Assembly: GCF_009914755.1 (NCBI RefSeq)
Contig: NC_060940.1
DNA from: the human T2T-CHM13v2.0 reference genome, Homo sapiens
Length of the DNA: 64,000 bases
Direction: 5' to 3' (one strand)
In this document: in pieces, positions 13,020-26,029 of the stretch
Layout of the letters: every line of letters starts with the position of its first letter
Numbering within the stretch: position 1 is the first letter of the stretch
Position numbers and translations under genes: made by a program
Notes under the pieces: model-generated
What the model was told of the DNA's origin: nothing
The model's database searches: none
The model's input: only the letters and a program-made list of their open reading frames with translations

Positions 13020-16000
13020 CCAAAGCAAAAAACAACAAACATTTTCTGGGAGGTGATAAAAGTCTTGGATGCAAAGTATCCTTATTTTATCCCATGTGAT
13101 GAATTGCCATAGGGTGGCTGGAAAACTCTTTAAGAACCCCAAGGGCAAATGCCGTTGTTTAAATGAGGCAAATGTTGTTTACCTCTAAGCAAAATAAAAG
13201 CTAAGGATCAGAAGAAAGAGGGGATCAAAAGATCTTTCTCCAAACAGATTTATAAAAGAGAGTGATTTTTAAATGATTTCAACTCCTACTTTATAAAAAT
13301 ATTTTATGAGGCACTTTTCTGAAAATAACATGCTTCTGAAGAGTTTTCCTCCCCAAATCGCTTCCTGAAAATGGTGGCATTACTTTCATGCAGTACAATT
13401 GCCTACACAAGACCTTATTTAAAACAATGCAAAAGAAATTTGACAAAGCTAGTAACTCTGCACAAGGAAACTGGGCATTTTTTTTTTTTTTTTTTTGCCG
13501 GGAAAATAACCTTCAAACCTCAAACTAAATCTGTAACTGCTTCTATCAAATTTTTCTTTCAAGAACCTGGAAAGCGGTTCATTTTGTTTTATCGAGCAGA
13601 TTGTGAAAAGAGTTTTCTTGCAGAGTTTTTGTTTTATAATCAAAATAATTCGAGGGAAGTGACACGACTTTTCTTTTGAGATTTTTTTTTTTTTCTGGAC
13701 AAAATCTAATAGAGGGAGAGAGAGAAAAAAATCTAACCAAAGCCAAGACTTGCAGACAAAAGTTACACACAATCAGAAAACCCTCAAAGATAGGTATAAA
13801 TTATTCTGTCACTAAATTAAAGTATTGGTAGAAGAAAAGTCTTAAAAATGTAAAATGAGTACTAGCCAAATACCTTCACAGTTAATGGAATTATGGAAAC
13901 TTCTCTCTGGTGTGAATACCCCCAAACACATTTTAGATTTATTTTTAAAGTGTAGTTTAAAGAAACTTTATACCATTTAAAAAAAAAATAACTTTGAAAG
14001 GAAAAGAGCCAAAAGAAAAGCAGAAATTAGGGCAGTTTTTAAACTACAAGCCAACTGTTTGCTCTACTTTGCTTTATTTATTAGTTCTCAAGGTATTTAA
14101 AACTTGAGCATTAAAACTGCAGAATAATTTGCAAATGAATGCAGTTGCAGTTGTGAAAATATAACTCACAGCTGAATGTGGGTTATTCAGACAAATGGCT
14201 GCTTTGTTCGAGGAGGGGAAGTAAAGTTCTGTGTTAATTTATTACAAACTGCAGCATTTCATCCCTGATGTCCAGGCAACAATGTTTTTTATTTCAAGTA
14301 ATTTATAAGCACTTCCCAGAGCACTTAGCGGTGATGTCCTTGGCTGTTTTGCTCCCAGAGACGGAGTGTATATGTATTTACTGTGGGAATTTGTTTTTAA
14401 TAAAACTGTTGTAAGGCATTTTTATTCCTTTGCTTTGTTACATTAAAAACATTCACTGCATAAGTAATGTATTTTATTCCAAGTTGAAAGGCAACAGATC
14501 ACAGCCGGCAACTGTATTGGGGGGTAGAGAATAATGACGAGAAAAGTAATGTTTAAAGTGAACCAGACCCTTTTCTGAGTTGCTCTAGGTGTCTCTTTGC
14601 CTCTGCATTTAAGGGAAGCAGCAATTAGATGACCAAGGGCCCAGGAAAAGTATCTAGGAGGTCCCAGGATGCAGGCAATCGGAGAATGGAGAATCAAATA
14701 GAGAAGGGCAGACTAAGGTGCAGCGAATGTGTGTTTGTGTGCTCCCGTGCATGTGTGCATAAACATGCACACGTGTGTGTGATCAATGTTACCAATTCTG
14801 ATAAGTTTTCATGATTCCCCTGTATCTCCCAGAGTCAGTTCACGACCCTAGATAATCCAAAATTGGCCTTTATTTCAATGTTTAAGGAAAACAGATGCCT
14901 TTGTAAGTACACATAGACAATTTTAAAAATCAGATTCTGTGTGGTAGGAAGAAATTGTGGCAAGTTTTCAACTTCAATGAGAGAATTGTGGAGTGATCTA
15001 AAAGTTTCAAGGGTCCTGTCCCAAGGGTAGCTGTTCTGCTGATGCCAAGAGTCTTTCTGGGGATCCCAGCATTTCAGTGGCCTTTAACCATTTTTCTTTA
15101 TCAAGGGGGATGAGTTGGTTAAAGTCATAGCTCATTTGTCAACCTATTTTATTGATCTATCGTCTATCTATCTATCTATCTAATCTCTCAAGCAGCTTTA
15201 TCATCCTTAAAACTTAGGGAGAAGATAATTTGTGCTGGTCCTAACAGCTGATGCTATAGGAAGTTGATAGATAATTTCCATATGGATGTGTTTGCAAAAA
15301 CAGAAATGTACTATCTTTTACCAGCAAAATGTACCAGCAAAAACAGAAATGTACTATCTTTAACACGCATCACACAGTGCTTTACACGTGAACACAGTTG
15401 ATGCAATCTTGTGCTCCAATGGCAAAGATTGTAACAGGCCTTGCAGCCTACTGAAGTATTAGGAGTTATATAAAATAGAGCCTCATAATTATCTAGACAC
15501 ATTTGAGAAGTTCCTTATAATTTGAAAATTGCTTTGACTTTTAAAAAGAAATTTGATGAGCAATTACTCTATAATAATAGATTTTTAAACTTATTATTAA
15601 AAAAAATAACGAGAGAACTGTTTGAACACATTACCTTTAAGAGAATGTAGCTTTTTGTTGTTGTTCCTCTGGCCACTAACTTTTCCAGAAGTGAGAAGTA
15701 AATTAAAATACAGATTGCTGTGTTAATTAACCATAAAAATAATATTTATTATTTGTAAAAGGGCCATGAAAATAAGCACTGGCCTGTGAGCCAGGGAATC
15801 GAAAGAAATTAGGAAGCAGATCTAATAAGAATCAGACCTTTGTGTTTAACAGAGTATTTCTCTTCTCATCCAGTAACAATCCCTAATGGAGAAGAATTGA
15901 TAAATACTTTCTCCTGTTTCTTTATTTAAAAATCAACTTTTTTTTTTTTTTTAAGACCAGCTCTATGAAGCTTTCCTGACTGTATTCATCTTTTCTGACT

Positions 16001-16402
16001 CCTAGGCTGGGGAGCATATGTGTGCATATATGTAAACTTTCAGGGCTGGGAAGGCCTTTAAGGATCACAAGGCAGTCCTTCCTCTAGGCCTTGATTGTCT
16101 CATGTGAAAGTGGGTAGGTTACCTTGGGAAGAAGGAGGAATGGGCATTGGGAATTCTCGCAGAACATGAGTGTGGAATAGAGCTGGGCTGGGCTCAGGAG
16201 ATAGATCCAGGCTAGATGGAGATCTGCACATCCTGAGGTTCTTGCAGGGCCCATCCCACAGCCTTGCCTCTGGAGCTTCTAATAGCTTGGGTCCCTTGGA
16301 TAAAATGGGAGTCATGTGTTTTTCCCTTAGTGAAGAAATCAACTTAAGAACTGGTAATATGAAAATAATGTGCACAGTTTTTTTAAAAAAATGAGAGAGA
16401 GA

Positions 16403-16540
16403 AGCCGGGCACAGTGGCTTATGCCTATAATCCCAGTCCTTTGGGAGGCTGAGGTGAGAGAATTGCTTGAGCCCAGGAGTTTGAGACTAGCCTGGGCAAC
16501 ACAGTGAGACTCCATCTCTATTAAAAAAATAAAATAAACA
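16403..16540 (+). mobile_element. Free left Alu monomer (FLAM_C-like) with TSD
   Basis: Single Alu arm plus A-rich tail; TSD aaatgagagaga at 16389-16400 and 16549-16560. Confidence 0.88.
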
Positions 16541-17099
16541 TTTTTTTTAAATGAGAGAGAAAGAAAACAGAAAAAGATAACACATCTACTCGAGAATTGG
16601 CAGCGACAGTTGAGCATATTCAGCTGACGTTGGAAACAATTATCTATCAATCAAATGATCCTCAATTTAAAATTTGTCCAAACAAATATTTACCGTGTAT
16701 GATGAATCTTAGTGCTTCTGGAAGGAATCTGTTCATTCAGTTTCTAAATGAACAAATTTCAAATATTACTTGTCACTGCTGAGATAATTTTTTAACCCCC
16801 TTTTAAGCATGTCTTTAATAAGCTATGATGGTTAATTCATATACCATAGAATCTTTGAGCAGAAAACAGCCTTAGTCCCTACAAATCGAAGCCCAGAGTA
16901 ACTAAGAGACCAATATACTGCTTCTCAGTTGAGCAGTCATTTCACAGCACAACTCTGCCTACTAAATACTAGTTAGCAAGGAAAAGAGAAACTCATGAAG
17001 TTAAAGGGGCTTTCCTTCAGAGCATGGAAACCCTGACTCTCTCAACCATGTGTTCTAATGCAGATCCTCTGCAGTAGGGGTAGAGTCCTCTGTGTACAA

Positions 17100-17350
17100 G
17101 TGGCAAGCTCTGCAGGTTGACCACCTCGGCTCCCAGCCTCCGATCTGCCCCCTACCAGCTGGGTGACATTGGGCTGATGACTTTACCGTCTTTGTGCTTC
17201 AGTTTTCTTATTTGCAAAATTGGGATGATAATAATAATAACATCTACCTTATAGGGATGTTATAAGACTTAAATATGTTATAAGGTATTTTCTGTGTCAA
17301 CAAAGCTTGGCGTATTGGACATGCCTTAGTGTTACAAAACACTATTATTT
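17100..17350 (+). mobile_element. MIR SINE
   Basis: accagctgggtgacattgggc...cttcagttttcttatttgcaaaattgggatgataata. Confidence 0.8.
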
Positions 17351-18892
17351 CAAGGCAGAATCTAGGTTAACACGTGTCATTTAATTGAGTAACACCCATA
17401 TGGAAACTTGACTTGGAATTTTGCTCAGTAATAGGACACTTTGCTGCCCCCTTTTCTCTTTTCTAAAGTGTTTTCTTCACCAACCATGGTGGCCAAGCTC
17501 TTTTTTTTTTTTTTCATTCTATGTCTCCCTAGGACTTTTGTTTTCTCACTTTGTATCTTCCTCTTCCTGAACAGGTCTCTGTAACTTTGAGTTATCTCTA
17601 GACATCCTCATTCCAGCCCTATCTGACTCATTTGCATATGTCATTAGCATGTATTTTGTGTGTCCCTCTCTTAACAAATCTTAGAAAGGGGATAATGGTG
17701 CTACAGAAGTCACTAAGGCAGAACTGGGAGGTATTAAAAGGGGTACAGGAAGGTATTTAGTCTTTTCCAAGTCACTCTGGAGGAAACAGACTTTCAAGTT
17801 TCAGAGCACAGAAGCAGACCCTGTTAGCTTCTTGACAAGTTCAGGGTACTCAATGTTGCCCAAAGGGTCAGAAGAAAAATGTTCCTTAGGTGGCTGATCC
17901 TTCTGCCTCGATCAAACTCTGGAGTGGCAGTTGCCGTGATGAGGGGTAAATGTGGACCAGGAGCAGATACTCGGGCACCTGAATCACCAAGTTTGTTCTT
18001 TTTGGGCCTCTCCTCTTAGTTTCTCTGGGTCTTATTACAGTTTTTCTCTTCTCCACCATTAGGGACACCTGTCAAATACATTTACATGCTGGTGCAAAGA
18101 GCTGATCCAGTGTGATTTGGTGTCTCTCTGAAGGATTTGGGTTTCAACAAGGTGCAATGATTGCCTCTAGATTACAGGACCAGGGTCAAGAACTGGCAGA
18201 GTATATGACATGTTTGACCCTTACATGTCTTTGGTTCAGTCCATATTGTAACACCAAAAGACAAACTGATACTAACCATTGGTACAGTTCCCATGAATGT
18301 CTGGATGTCTGGTCTCCCTTGAAGAATCCAGGCCTGCCTTTCTTCGTTTTTCCTTTCCCTGCATCCATATGAAACACTGAGCTGGAATTTTGCTCAGTAG
18401 TAGGACACTTTCCTGCTCACTTTCTGCCCAGGCCTTGGTTTGCAGACCCTCTTGGTTATCACATTTTCATTTTCAAATGTCTGCCATCTAAGCCCAAAGG
18501 CACAGAGGCCCGCCACTATCCTAGATACTGGGGATCTCCATAAAGAGGCTGGCTGGCCCAAAGCGACCCACTAAGATATGATGTTAATATGTTTGGACTT
18601 TTTACTTTCTATTTTTGGTGTTTATTATAAAATGTGTATTGCATATTTAATGCACATAATGTTTATGTAAACACATCTATATTGGCATGCATGTTCACAC
18701 ACTTCTGATGGACGATGTGCATGATCTAACATGGAGACCCTTGCTGCTACACTACCGTGTACTTTGGAGCAGTTGTTAAAAGGTGAATGCATGCAAACAC
18801 AGGTTAATTCATGAATAACAAATGAGCCAGATGGAGCTGTACCAAGGATGCCAAGAGATACATAGCTCAAAGAAGCAGAGCCAAGCACCAGG

Positions 18893-18998
18893 AGAGAGAG
18901 AGAAGAGAAGAGAAGAGAGGAGAGGAGAGGAGAGGAGAGGAGAGGAGAGGAGAGGAGAGGAGAGGAGAAGAGAAGAGAAGATAAGGGAAGAGAAGAGG
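18893..18998 (+). repeat. (GAGAG/GAGAA)n pentanucleotide purine tract
   Basis: Tandem AGAGG/AGAAG units. Confidence 0.95.
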
Positions 18999-19368
18999 AG
19001 TCCAAGTAATCGTAAATATGATCCTTAAAAAATCCAGATTCTTTATAACCAATTCTCTTAGCCATGGAAGTAGCACCACATGGGTAATATTGAACTCCCA
19101 TTTTATAACACACATAGAATTCTTGATCAATCAATGTGAAAGTGGAGAAAGCTTAAAGAACATCTATTCCTATAGGACATTTTATGCAGTGGGAAAATCA
19201 GTCTTTGAGAGCTTAAGCAATTTATCCAGGGTCATCAGTGAGCCTTCTTTGATGATAAACATGTTTATTTTAAGTTTCTGGGAAGTGACCAGTTATTGCT
19301 GCATCTAGAAAAAGACGGTGCAGTTCTTAAAGACCACCAATAAAAAAAAAATATGAAAAAGTTTTCCA

Positions 19369-19687
19369 GGCCGGCTGGCTCATGCTTGTCATCCTCAGCA
19401 TTTTGGGAGGCCAAGGAGGACAGATGGCTTGAGCCCAGGAGTTCAAGACCAGCCTAGGCAACATAGTGAAATCCTGTCTTTATAAAAAATATAAAAATTA
19501 GTTGGGCTCGGTGGCACATGCCTGTAGTCCCAGCTACCCAGGAGGCTATGGTGGGAAGATCACCTTTGCCTAGGAGGTCGAGGCTGAAGTGAACCATGAT
19601 CACACCCTCTGAACTCCAGCCTGGGTGACACAGCAAGACCCTGCTTCAAAAAATAAAGTAAATAAATAAATAAATAAATAAATAAAG
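19369..19687 (+). mobile_element. AluJ with (TAAA)n tail
   Basis: J diagnostics (gcttgagcccaggagttc, ggcaacatagtga, gaggctgaagtga); TSD aaagtttt. Confidence 0.95.
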
Positions 19688-19854
19688 TTTTATTTTTCTG
19701 TTCATAATCCTGGAATGTACCGCTTATTAGGAACCCATTCTCAGTATTTCTACAAAAATTAAATCATGTTCCTTGCTCATGTGCCTGATGAGTCCAGGTC
19801 ATCACCCATCTGGTTGGTTGTTTTCAGGAAAGAAATGTTGAGCAGCACAAAATT

Positions 19855-20100
19855 CTAGGAAGGGCACAGTGGATAAGGACAAGGCTTTAAGGTCAAATGA
19901 ACCTGGGGTCAACTTCTAGGTCTGCTTGTTACTCAGGGTGTGACCTCAGTTAAGTCGGTTTTTCCATCTATAAGATAGAGATAATGATACTGCTTATCTC
20001 ATCAGGCTTTCAGGAAGATTAAATGAGTTGCTATAGGTAAAATGTACAGTAGAGGGTCTAGCACATTGAAAGGCTCAATAACTCGTAGATATTTTGAGAT
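19855..20100 (+). mobile_element. MIR SINE
   Basis: cacagtggataag...acctggggtc...tgtgacctc...gaagattaaatgag. Confidence 0.8.
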
Positions 20101-20575
20101 GCAAATTAGCTTCATGATGTCAACTCTCTGTTGAATCACTTCTTGGGAATTAATGGCAGGGAAAGCTTCCCCAGTATGTCTTCTGCAGTTTCTGATGAGC
20201 TAAGGTTGCCCTTCTTCATTGACAAGAGCAACATACTCAAGGCACTCTGTCTTTTACAAATGAGTAAAATCACAGTTTGACAAGTTGAGGTCCAGGAAAA
20301 GAGTCCAGTCTCCTGGAAGAAAGACTAATGACCAGAGATTAACTGAGCAGGGCTACTGCTCATAAATGAGCCTAACCACAGCATAGGTCTATAGACCTTG
20401 AATTATCCATACATTCATTAATAAAGAAGTTTTGCTTTCTTTCAGAAAGAGAAATTGGGTGTTCTATGGGATATAGTATGCTCTCAGTTCCGGCCAGAGC
20501 AGCTAGCCTTTGGTTTACAAGAACCTTTTAGGCAGCAAATAACTGATTTGAGTTTTGGTGTAAAAAAGCTTCTTG

Positions 20576-20635
20576 TTGGGAGGCTGGGGCAGGAGAATCG
20601 CTTGAAACCAGGAGGCGGAAGTTGAAAAAAAAAAA
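20576..20635 (+). mobile_element. 49-bp internal Alu right-arm fragment plus A11, flanked by an imperfect TSD
   Basis: ttgggaggctggggcaggagaatcgcttgaaaccaggaggcggaagttg then A11; flanks aaaaaagcttcttg / aaaagggcttcttg. Confidence 0.85.
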
Positions 20636-22561
20636 GGGCTTCTTGCCTTTTTTAAATTTCCATCTCCTGTCTTTTCCCCAATTCCTCTTCCCTCTGTCCC
20701 CAGGAAGTGTGTTAGGACAGGTGAAGGCCTCCGAATATGGTCCTGAACCCACATAAAAGGATGGGCCAGAGCACTGCCTCTGAGACACCACCTCACCTTC
20801 TGCTGTTGCAGCTCCTACTTCCTCTGTGGCTTCACCCTTGGGTGCCACCCCTGTAGAGGGACAGACTGGGAGCACCCTCCCCCAATCACCTCCCCCTCAT
20901 CTTTGAACAAAGCTGCCACCCCCATGCTCCAACTCAGGTCCCAGGGCTCCAAAGCAGCTCCCTCCTTTTCATGAGGAGCCACCCCTGCTGTTTGGCTGGC
21001 TCTTGTGCCTGGTTTATTCCATACTTGCTCTTGGGCAAGGGTATGAGCTCAAAGGCTGGTGGTGAAGGAGGTCTGGTGGGAAGGGCATGTTATCTCCCAG
21101 GTCAAACACCCCTGGAGGGAAAGAGGGTTTGGTACTGGGCTACTGACTGTGGTGGGCACCCCACTTGAAAAGCCAATGCTGGGCCAGGGAGATCCTGAAC
21201 CTGGTGCCACCACGTGCTTTCCCCGATGCTGGGGCTTCTTTCCTGATGCCATTCCGGGTTGGGCGCCCGGCTTCTTTTCCTCAACGTGGCTTCTCTTATC
21301 AGTCTGGAATAAAAACTTCTAAAACCCCATTAACTAGTAATCACTCAGGGCCAGTGAGGGCGCCTCCACCACCCCAGGAATATCCAATTAGCAAATCATG
21401 ATCCGGCCCTCCAGTGAAAGAAGTCAGACCCATTATCTGTGATGTCCCCAATTAGAGTGTTTATTCATGAAAGACTGAACTGAGCTGGCCAGGCCTCGCG
21501 GCTCCTTCCTTCCCAAAGACTCGCCAGATTAAGCATCACTTCCCACCCCCACCCCTGCCCCCCAGGCCTCCCCCACAGTCTGCCCAAATCACGAGGAATT
21601 CGGCTAGCAGCAGGATGGAAGAGTCAAATTCTTCAGGTTTGGTCATGCCTGACTTGAGTTCCATGTTTTGTGTGCCTTTTGTGGGGGTGAGAAAATAAAT
21701 GAGTTGCGCCCTGAGTGTGGCTGTGATTTAGTTAGTATTTATCAATCGCATTTTAGCAGTAAGTCTGGCATTTATCAGACACTGACAATGCCCCAGGTGC
21801 CGGGGTCTCACTCCTTTCCCTTCCTGCTTTCTCTTCTCACTTGCAATTGGTTACGTTTTAACTTCATAAAAACGTGGAACAAAAATTCACCTGCTTTTAG
21901 GGCTAAAATGATCCTTAGTGGTTTGGTGGTTTAGCAACACCTTCCCTTCCTTTTACAAATGATGAAACATAATATTATTAGGTTTGGTTGTTTTATAAAC
22001 TTCTCCATTTGTATATATCCAGTAATATTTTAATATGGCCATGAAAAAAAATGCTCATCTAATACAGATATCATGAAATAAAAAAATCAAGCAACATAGT
22101 TTTTGCTAGGAAGATGATTTTAGTAAAGTCTCCTCATTCTGGAAAAACTGATCAAGGAAAAGAAATATTCCGATGCATTCAAAAGAACAGCAAATTACTT
22201 TCTGCTTGCTGATGAGATAATATCTCAGGCCCCAAAGCATTCTGAGCAGGACATTTTAGTATTCGCCATAGTGTGCATTTCATTCCAATATCAGGCCTCT
22301 GAAGCCAAATCCTTTTCCCACTAGAAGGGAAATTATATTCCTCACTATCTTTCCTGCTCAGGCAAGTTGCTTGGGGGAATTAGGGAGCCTTGCTCTCGAC
22401 CAAAACTTGTGTCAGGCTGCTGCGAAAACACAATCTGTCTGTTTATATTTCTAGAGCCAAACACGGTGTTTTCTATAATTCTGATTAGCATCTACTTGGC
22501 CCCTTCCTTGAAGTATTCTCCGTGGAAATGTTCCAGATACAAATCTGTACGCTCCTACAGT

Positions 22562-23003
22562 CAGTGGTATGCTAGAGCCAGCCTGTACGAGCTGTACGAG
22601 CTTAAGAGAGCTGATGGATCAAAATTACAGGAAATTTGCAAACTGATTTTTAAACATAACAATTATTAAAATTTATATAAACTTACCATTACATGAACGA
22701 TGTGAAAAACAAAGGCAATGATACTCAAAACTTATCTCTTCTTGATTATTTTACTACTTTTTACTGGTTATACTGTATATGTTCTTGAAGTTTTTGTATC
22801 TATTGGGCCTATGTAGAGGAAACACTATAGAATGGTGTGGTGCTGTAACTGAGAATCTCTTCCCCACTAGCAATGTCTCATTGGTAACTTGAAAGCAGCC
22901 GTGGAGGGATTATTTACATCATGGAAATCAGAAACTCTGCAAGTCAGCACTCACCCCAACTATCCCCAGAGCCAGTTGTTAAACATTTACCAGCAGATTA
23001 TTG
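22562..23003 (+). mobile_element. MER63 (MER63B-like) hAT-Blackjack DNA transposon
   Basis: Starts cagtggtatgctagagccagc and ends gttgttaaacatttaccagcagattattg, matching MER63 termini. Confidence 0.8.
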
Positions 23004-23469
23004 GATGCAATACTGTCTCTTGAGTGGAGCCTGTAAACATCAGAAGAACCCCCAGTGTGGCCAGTGTGATGGTTCACTCTGTACCTTTCACTCACCTGGC
23101 AGTGTTGGGCAGGTACTGTACAAGTGAATTTTATATGCAGCTGAACCGTATCTATTTAGTATCAAGTTCTTTATTACTGTACTTCGATTATTTTTAGTGG
23201 ACATTTTTTTCCAAATCATATCACATAATTTGCTGCCTTTCAAACAGAAATTTTGACAATATTTTAATACGTCTTGAGCTATGAGGTGTGTAAGTACCAC
23301 CATGGCTTAGTGCTGTATTGTAATGATATCCTCAACGTACATGAAGATATGTTTATTCACTATGCTAAATGACCTAGACAGCTATGAATTCTTAGTTGTT
23401 CTTTCCACTTTGATTGGTTTTTAAAACATTCTTCTGGGTTAGTGGAAAGATGTCAGCTGTCACTCATCC

Positions 23470-23965
23470 TTTTAATTACACAAATAATATATGAATCCAC
23501 ATTTATAGTGAACAACTTGAGCAATACATTGATTAAAAAGAGAAAGTCCTTCTGAAACTATTTTCTATTCTCTGCCCAGAAATAATCCCTATTACATTTT
23601 GATGTGTTTCCTTCGTGATCTTTACAAGCATAGATGTTATTATATATAATACATTTTTATATTATATATGCATGACTATAACATACATGGAAATAATAAT
23701 CACATATTCTGTGGCAAGAGTTTTTTCACTTACATATTGAATTTTTTCCATGATAGTATATGTGTTGATTTCTGTCATTCTTTATAATAACTTCAGGATC
23801 TCAAAACCTTTAGTGAACCATTCACCTATTGAGGGGCACTTATGCGGTTTCCATTTTTTGTTTGTTGCAAACAAAGCAACATTTAATATCCTTGTTCATA
23901 TATCTTTGGAAACATGTGTATGTATTTATGTAGGATAACTTTCAAGTAGAATTTGTGAGTCATAG
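23470..23965 (-). mobile_element. Ancient L1ME 3' fragment
   Basis: aaccattcacctattgaggggcacttatgcggtttccatttt...aaacaaagcaacatttaatatccttgt. Confidence 0.65.
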
Positions 23966-24105
23966 CTCCTTTCATTTGTTCTTGTGACCTCAATAAAGTT
24001 TACTAATATTGCATCAATATAGTTTAATATTATACCTATGAGTAAAAAGGCTCTGAATAAAGCTCTGATATGAATAAGTAATTACTGTTAATAATAAGAT
24101 ACAAA

Positions 24106-24410
<305 letters not shown>

Positions 24411-24509
24411 TAAACACAAAAATTTTCGTGGATATTAGAGGCTGTTCACCAGCTCTCCTCTGGATAAGTGAGTTGGTGCAGAACATATTTGTTTGAAGGT
24501 GAGGAGGCA

Positions 24510-24955
24510 GATTTCCAGGATCTTACCCTTCTAGCATGCTCCAGCTGCCTTCCACCTGTCCTTCTCCACTTCTCCATGCCTGAGGGCTTTCTCCGATATC
24601 TCAGAAAGCCATTTTGCCTAGGAAGAGTAAGCCCAAAGTCCTGGGGTATTAACAGCCCCTTGAAGCAGGTCTCAAACAATGGCTGAAGTTGGTGTATAAA
24701 CACCCCAGCTCACTCACTGCGAAGGTGGCTCATTCTGAGGCCTGAGCTTTACACCATTCTTTGGAGTTTCCCCACAGGATTGAGCTCCAGTTGCTCACAA
24801 TGTTAGCTAGTTCTATAAGAAGCTACCTGCTGGCCACCTTCCCTTCCCTGGATCATTTCCCTACTCCTCCACAGGGACCTTCTGCAGCTCCCAGATAAAT
24901 TATCTGCACTTGAACCCTTGTCTTTGGGTTGCTTCTGGAGGAAACCAAACTAGAA
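24510..24955 (+). mobile_element. LTR16-family (ERVL) solo LTR
   Basis: ggtgtataaacaccccagctc...gagtttccccacaggattgagctccagttg...cccagataaattatctgcacttgaacccttgtct...aaaccaaacta. Confidence 0.8.
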
Positions 24956-25726
24956 TGGCCTGTCTTCCCAGTATGGTGATTATGGCAGTCTCAGCCCCCA
25001 AAATGAGATGTTGCTAAGCAAACATAATGCTTTATCTCACTTGTTGCAAGAGACAAGTACTCTCTTTATGAACCAATCAAGTTACGTTTGGCTGCCCTTG
25101 TACAAAACTTTGGGACATGATTTGACCGGCAGGGTGTGCTGATTAGGATAATAATGTGTTGCATTTTAATAGACATTCTCTCATGGAAGAAAGACAAATA
25201 GCCTCACACTGTCTTTCTTCCCAATGCACTTGATAGAGAAAGCTCACGGTCCCTTGAGAGTACTGGGCCTACATTCAGAGCTGGGGGAACTTGGGTGAAA
25301 CTGAATCAGCTTCTCAAAAGAATGGGAAGCCTTGAGGCTTTGTTGACCAGTAAGCCAAAATCCAGGCAGCATGGACTTCCTCATAAGTCAGTGTTCCCCT
25401 GCTTGAGTCTGAAGCCTGGCACAGAGACACATCACATCATCCCTGGGCCAAGGTCAAAATGCCCCAGAGCACTTTGCTTTTAAGAGATATTTAAGGGAAG
25501 GCTTGGAAGTTGTTTAAAACTTGTCAGAAAAGCTTGTACCTTCTCTGAGCTGACAGGGCCTTTGGTTAAAACTGTTCCTTTTTCCCTCCTGAGCTGGGGG
25601 CTTTGACCAGCTGCTAGTGACTATCAACTTCTCTATCATTTCACTTGGGATTCTTTTTCTCATCTACATCCATTTATTTTCCTTGCTTTAAACAGCACTT
25701 AGATGTTCCTGATGAATGGACCCTAA

Positions 25727-25985
25727 AATAATAATCACAATCATAGTAAATCTTTATTAAATGAGGTACCAGGCATTAAGTTTTGTGATTCACATGCATT
25801 AACTCATTGAGTCCTTGAAATAACACTCAGATAAGACAAATAAGATGATTATTATTTCCTTCCAGATGAGGAAACTGAGGCACAGTGAGGTTTAGTAAGA
25901 GGCCTAAGGCCGCAAAATTAGGAAGTGACAGAGCTGGAATTTCATCACGGGTGGTCTAAGTTCACAGCCCAAGCTGTTAACCCCT
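25727..25985 (-). mobile_element. MIR SINE
   Basis: Perfect core cagatgaggaaactgaggcacag. Confidence 0.88.
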
Positions 25986-26029
25986 CTAGGTGCATAAACT
26001 GGGCGAATCAGACCATTCTTTCTTTATAG

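Noticed and set aside
15294-18426. Direct repeats as a CRISPR-like array
   Set aside because: Only two copies of each, irregular spacing and a eukaryotic context
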